NCBI GenBank assembly: GCA_012295275.1
Contig: CM022670.1
Span: 32,922,001-32,986,000, forward strand
DNA length: 64,000 nucleotides
Direction of reading: 5' to 3'
Source: Chrysomallon squamiferum
Lineage: Eukaryota > Animalia > Mollusca
The notes beneath the pieces are model-generated. The model had not been told where the DNA came from and did not search any database. It saw only the letters and a list, made by a program, of their open reading frames with translations. The translations under genes and the position numbers were made by a program. Positions 14,745 through 27,957 of this stretch are shown piece after piece. Within the stretch, counting starts at the first letter, position 1. Each line of letters starts with the position of its first letter.

Positions 14745-17047
14745 GCATGTATGTGTATTTATTACAGTAATGGGCATAACTTTTATATATATATATGAGA
14801 AGACTCCTCTGCTTATGTAGCTGTGAGTACATGCGTATTCATATTGTATAATTTATTATCAGATAATATTTATTGTCATTTTCAAATTTCAGTTATGACC
14901 ACGATTATTTTATAATTTTATCACGAACATGCATCAGATTAATGAATGAAATTTGATATACTTATTCATTAATGCATGTGTTGGGATCATCTGGATGAAA
15001 CTATTATTTTTGTGCTGCTTAATAATAAAACTGATAAAATCGTAACAGAAGGCGGTTCTTTGATTATTTCTTATGTCCAATAGTCGGTGAGCTCACAGGT
15101 TTGGAAGAACACCGTGTCAAATTCGAGCGAACAGCGAAATGGGTCCCTTGCCTTGGCTTTAGTGAACCGATGACAGAAAGAGGCGTTATTGCAGGCGTTA
15201 TAACCTCTTCTGTGTTCACTTGCTGTTAAAGGCGTGCGTGGGTGTTAGGTGTTGATACGACTAGCGTTGATTACCAGGTAGAGTGAGATCTTCAGTCACT
15301 GCCGATCACACACACAGATAAGTAACAGGACTTTTAGTTTTCTTCTTCATACAGTAAGGAATACTGAATTAAGTTATAGCGTTTTTACAAAAAAAACATA
15401 AAACTCAAGAATTAACAGGTGAAGGACAAATTCTGGGATTTCCGTGCCAACATTTCCTTTGGAAATATTTTTCGAAAACTTGTAAGAAGAACTGATACTT
15501 AGAAAGGTAACATGATTTCTGTATTTATTGTTAAATAATGGATTATTTCTATTAAAGAAATTTAACATTTTACTAATGACTGAAATAGTTTAGTTTGATG
15601 ATTAAATGTTTTTGTTTTTTCCTTTATTCAAAATAATACTTTTTTTTGGTTCGGTCATTCGTTTATTGATTTTTAAACCGCTCTTCTTTCCACAAAAATA
15701 AAATCCCCCTTCTCTGTCCCTCTTTCCCTGCAGTCATCTCTTTCTGTGCGTCTGTCTGACTGTCTGTCTTTCTCACTCTGAATGCAAAATAACCTTTCAT
15801 ATTAGGAGCAATTTTAATGTTTGATAAAATATGTGTGCAAAAAAAAGAAAAGAAACGAGAAGAAGAAATAAAATAAAATAAAAAGTAAAATTGCACAGGG
15901 TAAAAACAATCTATAGACTAGCCTTTAATAGCTCTTTTCAAACATAAATGGACATTTTCCTATTAAGTGAAACCCACTCGGTGCTGCAAGATTACGTACA
16001 ACGTTAGCAGCGTGGGGTACAAAGTTCAAGAACGTTGTCATCATCTGGTTAAGGGCTAACAAGACAAGACAAAACATAATTGCAGTTTAAAGTTGGTCTT
16101 CGAGTCTTGCACATGAATCTTTTAATAAAATTATCAAATTGACATAAGAAGTAGAGGAGGGAATGATTTTTTTTTCAGAATAAATCTCTGTATAAAACAA
16201 AACGTATTATGAAAGAATTATTATTTCTGTTTTTTGAAATGTCACATTACATTTAGTCAATAGGTGCTGAAGAAATGGATTATCTGTTGTGTTTAAATCG
16301 ATAATAATAAACAGATCAGAATATCGTTTACAAATCCTATTTTGTAAACCTCCAAAGACATAGCTATATAATTATCCACATATATATCTATATGAATTTA
16401 TCGGTCTGTCTGTCTGTCTGTCTCTTTGTCTGTCTGTCTATCTGTCTGTTTTCTGTTTCTTCCTATCTGTCTATTCATCTATCTGTCTCTCCATTTATCT
16501 GTCTTTCTATTTATTTGCATATCTATCTATCGATCTGTCTATATGTGTGTGTGTGTATGATTATAAGAAGAGGAATCCCGTTGCTGTTCATTTTATATTC
16601 ACCTATCTGTCTGTCTGTCTCTCTGTCTGTCTATACGAAAAACAATACATGGAAATCAGAAAACCAGAATGGCAAGCGAGCAGTGATAGGATGAGTCCAG
16701 CTTCGGTGTCATTAACTCATTTATCCATTCTAACCACTAATTTGTTGCCGGTGTATAAATATATTACTACTCCTGTATATATGTATATTATGAAAAGTCA
16801 TTAATGCTATTTGGACTTGTACACATTACTATTTTATAGTCAAATGTCAAATCTATATTACATCTTTTAATTCAAATAACAACAAAGTTATGTTCATGTT
16901 CCCTCTTATGACTATAAGGATTTTCGGACCATAAAATGTTGACCTAAAATAATACTTGTTTATCAAATTCTGTAGTGTGTATTTTACTGTCTCTGAGAGG
17001 GTGTTTGTAAGAGATCACTTCCTGCTAACATCGATAATATCATAACC

Positions 17048-17517
17048 ACACACACACACACACACACAAAACACACACACACACACCCACAAAAAAACAC
17101 ACACACACACACACATCTCCTATTTAGTGTCTGTATGATGTTAAAATATTTTTAACCTTGATAAAATAGCACAGTCAACACTAAATTTTCGTTATTATCA
17201 CTAAAACATTCCACGCCATGTATTTTGTTTCATAAATGTATATTTTTCTTTACGTATTCAGGTAAGCAGTCATGGAAAGATGGGTGGGTAGACGGGTGGA
17301 TTTATTCTAGCTGCTTAAACGATTAAACAGAACAAATCGAATTCTTTAAATCGATAATGGTAATTAACAAAGTGTATAAATAAATAAAATTTAAGAACTA
17401 AAACGTTTTCTAAAACTTATTTTCGTAAATATATACACACACACACACACATATACATACATATATAAGTGTGTGTGTGTGTGTGTGTCTGTGGCTGTGT
17501 GTGTGTGTGTGTGTGTC

Positions 17518-17575
<58 letters not shown>
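17048..17575. repeat. (CA)n tracts followed by (TG)n tracts
   Basis: CA runs at about 17048-17115 and 17435-17451; TG runs at 17469-17575. Confidence 0.93.
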
Positions 17576-18651
17576 CATTAAGGAATTACACAGACACAAA
17601 TACCAAAGCGATTTTTGTCCTTGTTCTAATCGAGTGTTTACATCCGTGGTCGGGTTTTGCAAATTCCGCGGACTACAACGACTGACCCCGCACAAGGATA
17701 AGCAATTACCGCTTCCCGGATATCACTGCGACGATTCGTAGCTGCTTCTTCCTACTAGAGTCGAAGAAACCAACACGGTGAACGACAGCGGCCACCTGCT
17801 TGGCGCACCGCAATGGAGGAAAACAAAATTAGAAAGAAAAAAGATAACAAATCCAATTATAATTTGACATAATTACGCCTAGTTGTTTCATAACAGGAAA
17901 ACATAATCGTCAGTGTCTCCGTCATTTCACAATTATGTTAAAAACTGACACACGTCAGATATATATTATTATTATTTTGATAAATAGGTACGAAAACGAA
18001 ATATTACTACTATTACTACCACTACTTAAAATTTATATCCCCATTATTTTGAATAAAAGGATTTAAACAATTTAATAAATGCTAAAAAGAATCTCATAAA
18101 CTTTAAATATATAATAAACTGATTTTAATAATAATAATAATAATAAAATTCAGCGAAATAAAATATTTGAAAAACCAAAATATTCACTTAGAAAAAAACA
18201 AACAATAACAAAAAAAAAAAAAAAAAAAAAAAAAAAATAAAGAAAAAGAAAAGAAGAAGAATGAATCCCAAAACAACAATAACACACCCGTGAAACAAAA
18301 CAACAACAATAAATCATCAACAAAAGATTAGTGTATCTTAAAAATATATCAAATAACGTTATTATTTAAATATGTAGGCAGATGACGTGTGTGGCCAGAA
18401 GCTATTACTTCTGTGTATTTGATAATCCTCTCAGTTACTACGAGACTTCACGTGTTTTACTATAAAAAAAACTTAACAAAAAACGTTCTATTTTTTCGTG
18501 TGGGCAGAAAACTTTAACTGATTAGATTTCAGATTCCGGCAGATGGCAAATTTTTTTACTTTTTTTATTTTTTTTTTGCTGAAACAATTTATGTAAGTAA
18601 TGATAATAGGTTAGAAAAACCCTTAAGAAAATAAAATGATAATGTAGTGAT

Positions 18652-18709
18652 ACTACTACTATTACTACTACTGCTGCTATTATTACTACTACTGCTGCTA
18701 CTGCTTCTT

Positions 18710-18763
<54 letters not shown>
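18652..18763. repeat. (ACT)n microsatellite
   Basis: Directly visible. Confidence 0.95.
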
Positions 18764-19120
18764 TAATATATGATAAAGAAATAAATAAAGAACAGTAAAA
18801 GAACGCTTTTTTCAGAGGGGACCTACTGAAACAAAAATCTATAACCATTAGATCATACCAATAATAATCACCAACTTTCTATATTATGTGGAGAAGAAAG
18901 CAGTTATTACAAAACGTCTAAATAATTTAATATTTCTTGTAAATAATTATCTAATGATAACTTGTTGCATTTACATGAATTTTAATTGTATGTCAATTTA
19001 TTACGTATTTATAATAATGATACAAATGAAGAAACCCATTTGGATTGACTTCTATATAAACTTTCACTTAAACAAGAAAACACATACCACATTATATATA
19101 TATGTGTATGTGTTTGTATA

Positions 19121-19267
<147 letters not shown>

Positions 19268-20406
19268 CAAACTGAGCACTCTGGAGATATATTAAATCAA
19301 TTACTTCTTTTTTTCAATTTTTTTTTTTAAGGGGATTGTGATTCAAAACAGTATGGGAATGTTTTCTAAATATATATAAATATGAAATCATTGAGAACTG
19401 AAATATTTTGTATCTTTTTTTAAGTATATAATTATTTCTCAATATATTTCTTAAATAAATGATAATCAAAAGCAAGATTATAAATTCAGGGGTAACTGTT
19501 ACTCAAAATATTTTGCAGTAATCAGGTAAACTGGTATATCATTGTTCTCTATATACCATTTCCACTTACTTAAAATCGTTAAGCACAAAGGCGATTAATT
19601 TGCCATTACTCGGGTTAATTTTCTAGTTGTTTTTTTTAACATGAAAAATCAAATGCTTTGACTTTCTCAGTTTCTAATACTATTATTTGCTTCCTGATTA
19701 AAATTGGAGAAGCAAAGGTCATTTTCCAATCAAAAATAAATCCTAGAAAGTTTTAAACGTACGATTTTGTTGCTGCTGTTGTTGCTCTTGTTGGTACTGT
19801 TGTTGTTGTTGTTGTTTATGGTGCTGCTGCTGTAAGGATGAACCACTTTGAGGATTTCAGTTACTGATTAAAAGTAAGAGGTCTTTTTTTTAAAATGCTC
19901 ATTCTAATGTACTTTCTGCGGATTATTATACTAATTCGAAGTTAAACAGACCAAAGAAAACCTCATCGATAACAATAAATAATTCATTGTTTTTCTCGAT
20001 TCTTTCATTGGGTTAGTTTCTGATAATGAGAAGATGCTAATAAAAGAAAGCTTGCTGCTAATTAGTCAGTAAGCGTAGTTCAGAGAAAAGATTCATTCTG
20101 TCTCTGATATTATAGATATCTTAGACTTCAGAGCAGCATTTAATCCACAAGCAAATTTAGCTTTGCTTTTCTTTTTTCGAGAATCATTTTTTAAACATAC
20201 ACAAAAACAACAGATTAAATTATAATTCCACTTTTTGATCTCGAGACAGAATCTATCTGCGTTATTAAGTTTAGCAAATCGTCAGTTCGTATAGAAACAT
20301 TGGTTCCAGTGTTCTCAGATGAAATTAAAAAAAGAAAGAAAATACGATGACAACCTTCGAGGTATTATAATTTTGTTTTTACAAATTTTCATCTGGAAAA
20401 AAACAA

Positions 20407-20409
<3 letters not shown>

Positions 20410-20462
<53 letters not shown>
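20410..20462. repeat. (CA)n microsatellite
   Basis: Directly visible. Confidence 0.97.
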
Positions 20463-20468
<6 letters not shown>

Positions 20469-21789
20469 AAATAAAAATAAATAAATAAATAACTAAATAA
20501 AAAAGAAAGATAAAGAAAAAAACAACCTTTAGGTCTACAGTGAATCATTTAAGAATAAATACATTTTTTCTTCTCATTTTATTTTTTACTTTGAAAATTC
20601 CTTAATAGTCCTATCGATTTCTTTATCATTTAAACGATTATAGAAAAACATTTTTGTGTTCTTTGTGGCTAATTAACTTAATTTACCCGTGCCAGTAGAT
20701 TTTGTAACTGAAAGTTTGGCTGTGAAGCAATTACTGACCACTTTACGAAACAGCCTGTCTCGGTGAATTTTCTCCCGTTCCTGACACATTTAATACAAAT
20801 ATATTAGCTTTAAATTACAAAAATGTATGGTGATATTTTTTAATCAGGTTACTAATAATAGATATTATAAGTAACATGATTCTTTTGAATTAAGGCTAAT
20901 GAAGACTCTTTGCGTAATGCCAGAAGGTCTGTCAGTGTCGCCAGTCGGGTTCATTATGTCTTCAGATGTGAACTAAACGAGAAAATACAGTTAAACTAAA
21001 TTTCGATCAATTCTTCTAATCTTATCTGCACCGAATTACTTCCCTGCTTTTCTTCCTCTTCGACTTTATAACACTAATTGACCGCTGGTGACTTTTTTCT
21101 CTGTTCAAGCACAACAATAACTGCAGACTGTTGTTTTAAATGATTTACAGAAGTTAATAAGGAACAAATGAAGGCACGTTAAGGTAAAAGTATAGTCTCC
21201 AAGCATAGACATTTACTATTACAACTTGAATATTTCCGTGTTATTATTTTAGTTTTCAATGGGTACAAAAAATTAGAAAAATAAAGTATGTGTGTGTGTT
21301 TTTGTATGTATATAAAGCTACACCACAACAGTAACTAAAAGTTAATATCGGATATCATTTTCATTTTATTGTGACGCTATTTTGTAAAGGAACATAATAT
21401 GCTACACATGCTTTCTCTGGCTTATACTTTTTGTATCGAGCCCGATATTATATCCATATGTATATATTCTATATACAAGAAGACGCTTTTTTTCTTCTTC
21501 TTCCGGATATGTGTCTACGTTCCTTAACAGAGTTTATTCAATTTCGATCAATAATTTAATCTTAAGTGCACTGTATTGCCTTGTGTCTTATCATCTTGAT
21601 CTTCATAATTCTAATAGACAACAGCTGGTTTTGTTTTTCTATAATTTATTTTCTACACGCATAAGAATAATTGTAGACAGGTGTTTTTGAATAATTCATA
21701 TAGATAATTTCAATAGGCGAAAGTACATTAAAAATTGAATTAAAAAAAAGATGTAAGTAAACATTTGAACCAACGGCACTGATCCAAGT

Positions 21790-21864
21790 CATTACTATTA
21801 CTATTACAGTTACCATTATTTAACTGCTGCTCCTTTACTACTACTTCTATGATTACTACTACTA

Positions 21865-21905
<41 letters not shown>

Positions 21906-22170
21906 ACTACTATTAATATTACTAACATTACCATCTCTACTACCACAACCACAACTACTACTATCACCACCATCACTAGTACAACGTCTCACCACTGCTA
22001 CTACTATCAATCTACCACCAATACTACTGCTTCAGCTATTACTACTACCATTACTACAAACACTTTTACTACAGCTACGACCACTAGATATGCTACACCT
22101 CTGCTACCACTGCTGCTACTACTACTACTACTTCTACTGTTACAACTACCGCTATTACTACTACCACCAT
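21790..22170. repeat. Degenerate (ACT/GCT/ACC)n triplet repeat
   Basis: Directly visible; source of the poly-T/A/V/S ORFs. Confidence 0.9.
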
Positions 22171-22914
22171 TACAAAATTGTCAGTACTTGGAGTAATTTA
22201 AATTTTAAAAAAGAAATCATTTTTACGTACAAAGATTAATCACTTTCGTATTATAGAGTTAAATTGTGTAGATTTGTATTAAAACTATTGCCTTACACCT
22301 GTTACAATCTACACCCAAAACAATAAAATATCCTGGCTCTAATAAAACAAGGTGCATTACAGTTCACTTAGCATTTAATGCAGAAGGTCCCATCTGATAT
22401 GCTCTAAGCTAACACTCAAGAAGTTTCCCATTAACCTCTGTCTGTGAGAGTACTCGACAACAACATTACATCGACAATAAATACTCGTTTTAAATGGTCA
22501 TAAAAATAAAACGAACCCCGTGACTCCATGAGGTAGACTGAAGACATTGTCAAATGTGATAGATGAGTCAATAACGTCTTTTTGTCTTCTCTGATCAATG
22601 CTTTCTAAATCTGCTAAATACTTCCAAAATTGGAATGCATATACGTGGAGCGTAACAAAAATAATTTCTTCAGACTGAAACGTTATCAATAAAGGTTTCT
22701 TCTTGCTTTCTTTTCTTTAACGATATATTGGAAATCAGTTTAGTTGTCTTTGTAAAACATCAAAAATAGCTTGTTCAATGCAACCACCCCCATTTCATTG
22801 TGATCAGTGTATTGATAGCTTTCTTAGGAAGATATTATTTAAATAATAAGTCACGAACAGAAGCTATTTGTGAAGTATTTATTCAGGGAACGTAGCTCTA
22901 TTTAAAATAAAAAA

Positions 22915-23400
22915 TTAGATATAGTTAAAGTTTGTACTGCATGAATTATATGAATAATGTGTCAGCCATTTTTAAGTCTTAGATGTGTACACAGTTTATA
23001 GACCTTAAATATAAGTGCAGTTTTTAAGTCTTAGATAAAGTTTGGTTTTTGTCACAGGTGGAGATTAACTTAATGGTTTTAAACATTAGATGAATATATA
23101 GCTTATATAGTTCAGGATTAAAGTGAAATTTACAAGACTGCTTTAGATGTTATTACACTTCAACAGTTACAGTTAATTGCGCTTGGTATAGTTATGGTTT
23201 GCAAGTCTAAACAGTGTAACAGTTTATGAGTTTTAAATGTAAGCAGAGTTCATAAGCCTTAGATATAGTTACACTTCATAATTCTTGGATGTAGTTAGAA
23301 TGTACATGTTTTGGATGTTATTATAATTTATAAGTACTTACTGTTTATAACCTTTATATATAAGATGAGTTAACAAGCTTTATATCTTACAGTTTAGTAT
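22915..23400. repeat. Old, degenerate ~26-bp minisatellite
   Basis: Recurrent unit resembling agttacagtttataagtcttagatat, e.g. ...ttcataagccttagatat|agttacacttcataattcttggatgt|agttagaatgtacatgttttggatgt. Boundaries approximate. Confidence 0.65.
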
Positions 23401-24803
23401 TGCTGGAAATGAAAAATGGTTTCAGATATCAAGATATTTTGCAAGCATATGTTAATTAAACAGTTCAAGGCTACACAATCCAGACAAATATTTTTGAATG
23501 AGTCATCAAGTTGGTGAAAATACCTCCAAGAGTTTTTCTAATTTCCACAATTTGCCACAGGGAACTAAAATCGAGTCATTACACATTAAAGAAGCATATC
23601 ATGATGTCTTATAGAGTTTATTTGAAAAAGAAATAATTTTACACTGATATCATGCAGAAAAAAATCTAATAATGTCCAAGATGTAAACGAACTAAATGTT
23701 TTGGATTTATAATATTTTAATAAATAAAAATTAAGAATACTTTGTTGAGATATCAAGTTCATTGTTATGTCGTCTAAAACATTTTCCAGACCAACCGAAT
23801 CTTGAGAAATACTGGATTTATTTTTTATTTTTTAAACAAGAATATTAATTATCGTAGATCTTTTGATGTTGAAACCAAGAGCCTCAAGCAGAATGGTAAA
23901 AGTATGCTCGTCCGAGTATAAACAACCTCGGTTTGCAGATATAGCCAGTCAAAGGCAAGAATCACTTTCAAACGTCTGGCCTATCAATTTGCTTTCTCTT
24001 TATTTTCAAGTATCAAGTCGGTAAAAAAACAAAAAAACAACAACATAATAATAATAATAAAATTTTTAATAAATATATATATATATATATATATATTAAA
24101 AAATTAAAAAAAAAAAACATTAACAAGAGAGAATATGTAACCAAGGTAGTGGGAAAAAAAAAATCATACATTGTCTGAAGATGCAGTTACATAACATGGA
24201 TTATATAACATTACATACATTTTTTGTCGGTACCTATGTTTACTATGAGATATATGAATTTTAAAGAATTCCATAATTTACTGAGGAAAAACGGTGTATA
24301 AGAAAGTAAAAACTACCATTTTGTTTTACAAGAATCAATTGTGAAGCGTTATTCTTAGAAAATGAGTAATTCAATTGTAATTTTGTTTATAACACATACA
24401 CGTACGCAAGCCCGCCCACACGCATATACATTTAACAATCTAAAAATATACGTACAAAGCGAGACATACACTGAAAAGGAAAATTGCTTGCAAATAGGAG
24501 GATCACGATTCGAAATCCCCAGTGTATGATATGTGTCTATTTTAAAGTTCGCTAAACAAAGCGTAAAGCTTTTTATTCATCTTTAGTTCAACAACAATAA
24601 AAATCACGACTTCTCACTCTGAGGTCGTTACTCTTATTTTACCATTGTTACTTCTCTATCTATAACCAATTGGTCGTATTAGCGAATTCTGTTTGGACGC
24701 ATCAAAAACCCGTTTGATATCAAACACTGAGAGATCGCATTCGATCTATCAGTTAAATACTTCAGGGAATTTTTCTGACTCATATCTGCGTTGTGTTGAC
24801 TGG

Positions 24804-24834
<31 letters not shown>

Positions 24835-25099
24835 CACGCCAGACTTGTCGACGTCACGGTTAGTTGGTGATAACTCGCTGAGTGAGGAAGGTTGGATGAC
24901 GGATCTTGATTTCTGCACCACCATGTCGTCTGGAGCGTGACTCGAGTCAGTAACCAAACTTTAGAGCCAGTACGCGATCCTCTCCCAAGTGTGACATCTA
25001 TTTGCCCTGACAGCGAACAAACAAGCCGATAATTCACTAATGCGAAATCAATACACATTTATATTACACATGGGATGTTCACGTAGACTTTTTTTGCCT

Positions 25100-25130
<31 letters not shown>

Positions 25131-26291
25131 AAGTATGAAAATGTTATAATCATGATGTTTTTGTATCGTATATATTTCAATTAGGTGATTCGGTTTTGAT
25201 CGTGGTTTGACATGAATCTAATGTTTTTAAATCAGAGCAAATATATTTTATTCATGTGATAAATAGTTATGTGTTAATCTTGTATTAAAAACAACTGATA
25301 TTAGCTTTACATCTCGAAAAGTTCAGATACAGTATTGTTAACTGTAATAGTGGGATTTGTCACAGTTATTATTCTAATAAGTTTATTCTTTATTCTGTCA
25401 TATTATCCAGTTGGTTAATTTAGTATAAAGTATGCATTGGTTTGTCGTTTTCATTTAGATTCAGACTGTGTAATATTTTCAGTAAATACAAAAATTACAA
25501 AAATAAAACAAATATAAAAAGAGTAAGCAATTTCGTAAACATAGAATGTTTTGGAACACAAACAAGTGATATTTATAATTTTTGTATGTTGCTTTTTATA
25601 TAATTTATAATATCTCTGGTAATTTTCGTATATTTTATGATTTCTGCTTGAGAGTACTGTTCCAGTGTACAACATCATATCTTTTTCTACTTTGACCAAA
25701 ACACTGATCTGAAAAAACTGTAATACCAACAAATCAATTTTTTAATCCATTCACATTAAAGCTGCCATTACTAATATACTAACACATTTTCGGTATCTTA
25801 ATATCGCTATAGTACAAACGTATAGATTGTATAGGTATTACTCTGCATAATTTCAAACCACTCCCTATCCGTCCGAAGAAATGAAACCAGCTTAAAAGTT
25901 CCCTTAATTAGTGTAGTCGTAAGTTGTTTTCAGTCCTCACTTTCCGAGATGTGTTTGGTATTTTGCAAACTGTGTGTCCACAGAATATCACCCACTTTCC
26001 TTGAGGAGGCGACAAAACGGAAACCAGAGTAGTGTTTGGTGATAAGAAAAGGGCCGACATTAAAAAGACAGAGGGAACATCCTGGGGAAAGTCGATTAGT
26101 AACTCGGCAAAAGAAATCGATCATCACAGGAAACATTAGCTAAGGACGAGACATGACAAATCAACGTTTGTGTTTCCGTTCTGCCCGCCACGACATTCAT
26201 ACTCCCCGCCGATGTGGCAGTCATTAATAACATCACAGAAGATTATTATGTTGATATATTAATAATACACTGTCACAAGGAAAAACCTATA

Positions 26292-27058
26292 TAGTGGTAC
26301 CTCGACTTACGAGTGTCCCAAAATACGAGTTTTTCGAGTTGCGATCAGTCGCCAGATCGATTTTGTGCTCTGAGTTGCGAGCTAAAATCCGAGTTACGAG
26401 CGAGCTTCAGATAGGCCGCCGTTAGTTGGCGCAATGAACAACATAACATCCGACCAGCATCCCGCGTCTCACTCGTTTACTTCATTTGGTTACCTCGCCG
26501 CTGAAGAACCTCTGTCGTGTTGTGCTTGAATTTTGTTCTGTATTTTGCCAAATTTCTTTTTTCTGGCCATGGATCCTAATAAAGTGAATGCAAAGGACAG
26601 TGGAGAAGAAGAAGCGGATGAAGTCCATTGAAATAAAGCTTGAATTCATAGAAAAAATATGAGCGAAGTGTTCATGTAGTCGACTTGGCTAGGCAGTACG
26701 AGCATAGTACTTCTATGATATGCACCATACTGAAACTGAAGGAGTCGATAAAGGCTGTAACTCCAGCCAAAGGTTTTAAAATAATGTCTGATCTCCAAGA
26801 TAAATGCACTTTACAAAACCAATTTATTTATTAACATTCTCTTTAATTTTGTTTTTATACAGTATTTGTCATTTATAAATACGTTTTTCTTATTTAGAAA
26901 CACATGAAAAATAAAAAAAAAAAATGGTTTTTAAGGAGTTGAACGGATTAATGGTATTTCATTCAATTTCAGTTGAGAAAATTGATTTGACATACGAGCA
27001 AATTGAGATACGAGTTCGGACACGGAACGAATTAAACTCGTAAGTCAAGGTATCACTG
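26292..27058 (+). mobile_element. Non-autonomous Tigger/pogo-family (Tc1/mariner superfamily) DNA transposon, internal deletion derivative, copy A
   Basis: TIRs tagtggtacctcgacttacgag / ctcgtaagtcaaggtatcactg; TA on both flanks (26290-26291, 27059-27060); frameshifted transposase N-terminus from ATG 26569; homologous end to end with 37586-38363. Confidence 0.92.
26569..26789 (+). pseudogene. Tigger-type transposase N-terminal remnant (CENP-B-like N-terminal HTH)
   Basis: With two frameshifts it reads MDPNKVNAKDS/EKKKRMKSIEIKLEFIEK/YERSVHVVDLARQYEHSTSMICTILKLKESIKAVTPAKGFKIMS, matching the pogo/Tigger pattern ...K.EII.K.E.G....LAR.Y....STI.TILK.KE.IK. Confidence 0.85.
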
Positions 27059-27898
27059 TATTTTTATTATTATCGTTTAAATCTTTGTTTTGTTTTCACC
27101 ATTATTATCATCATCATCATCATCATCATTTTTTTTTTTTATTAAAGCCAGTCTTCTTCTTCTTCTTCTGTTTTCTCGTCATTCCACCCCTTTATCATGG
27201 ATTCATTTTGTTCGTAGACCAAGTAAATCATCGAAGTATTTTATATTTCTTGAGCACTTTAACAGTGATAGCCAGTAAAGTGCATCCACCATTCTTGACA
27301 TAATTTTTAATCTCTAACATTATTTAATATCTGAGAATAGATGACAAGAAGATAGGATGCTTGTATCTAATTTGTATCATTAGATAATACAGAGATACCA
27401 TGGTTTTATCTAATCCGTGAGATTAAATTTAATGCTTACATGATAAAGATTGGGTTAGATTTGGTAACAGAGAGATAAAAAATCATATTTTCAGCTAATC
27501 TGCGAGATATTCAGATATAATGTGTTCAATAAATTAAATTCACCAAATCCGTTATTAATAATCTATTAGATATTTTATTATTGGATATCTAAATGAAAAG
27601 ATGTGACTGCAGCTTGATTACAAATGATTAAGGCTGGGCGAATCTAAAGGAGTTTGTAAAGAGAGATGTTAATGAAAAATCCACAGTATTTCATATCTTT
27701 ATTTAGAATCAAATATTTAATTAAAAAGTTCACGGTTTTACGTGACGTTATGCAGAATTTTGATTTGTTTAATATGTCATTGCTTTACACAATTTAAAGC
27801 ATACATAACGTAGCATGCATAAAAAAGATGAAGAAGAAATATATATGATTTAGCTGTTTGGCACTGGAATCGTGTCATTATCTATATATTTATGTTTA

Positions 27899-27901
<3 letters not shown>

Positions 27902-27954
<53 letters not shown>
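27902..27954. repeat. (TG)n microsatellite
   Basis: Directly visible. Confidence 0.97.

Positions 27955-27957
<3 letters not shown>

Noticed and set aside
22529-22545. tgaggtag (let-7 seed); similar seed-only matches near 922 (miR-2-like) and 27857 (miR-96-like)
   Set aside because: Matches are limited to 8-9 nt, the rest of the mature sequence differs, and no precursor hairpin is evident.
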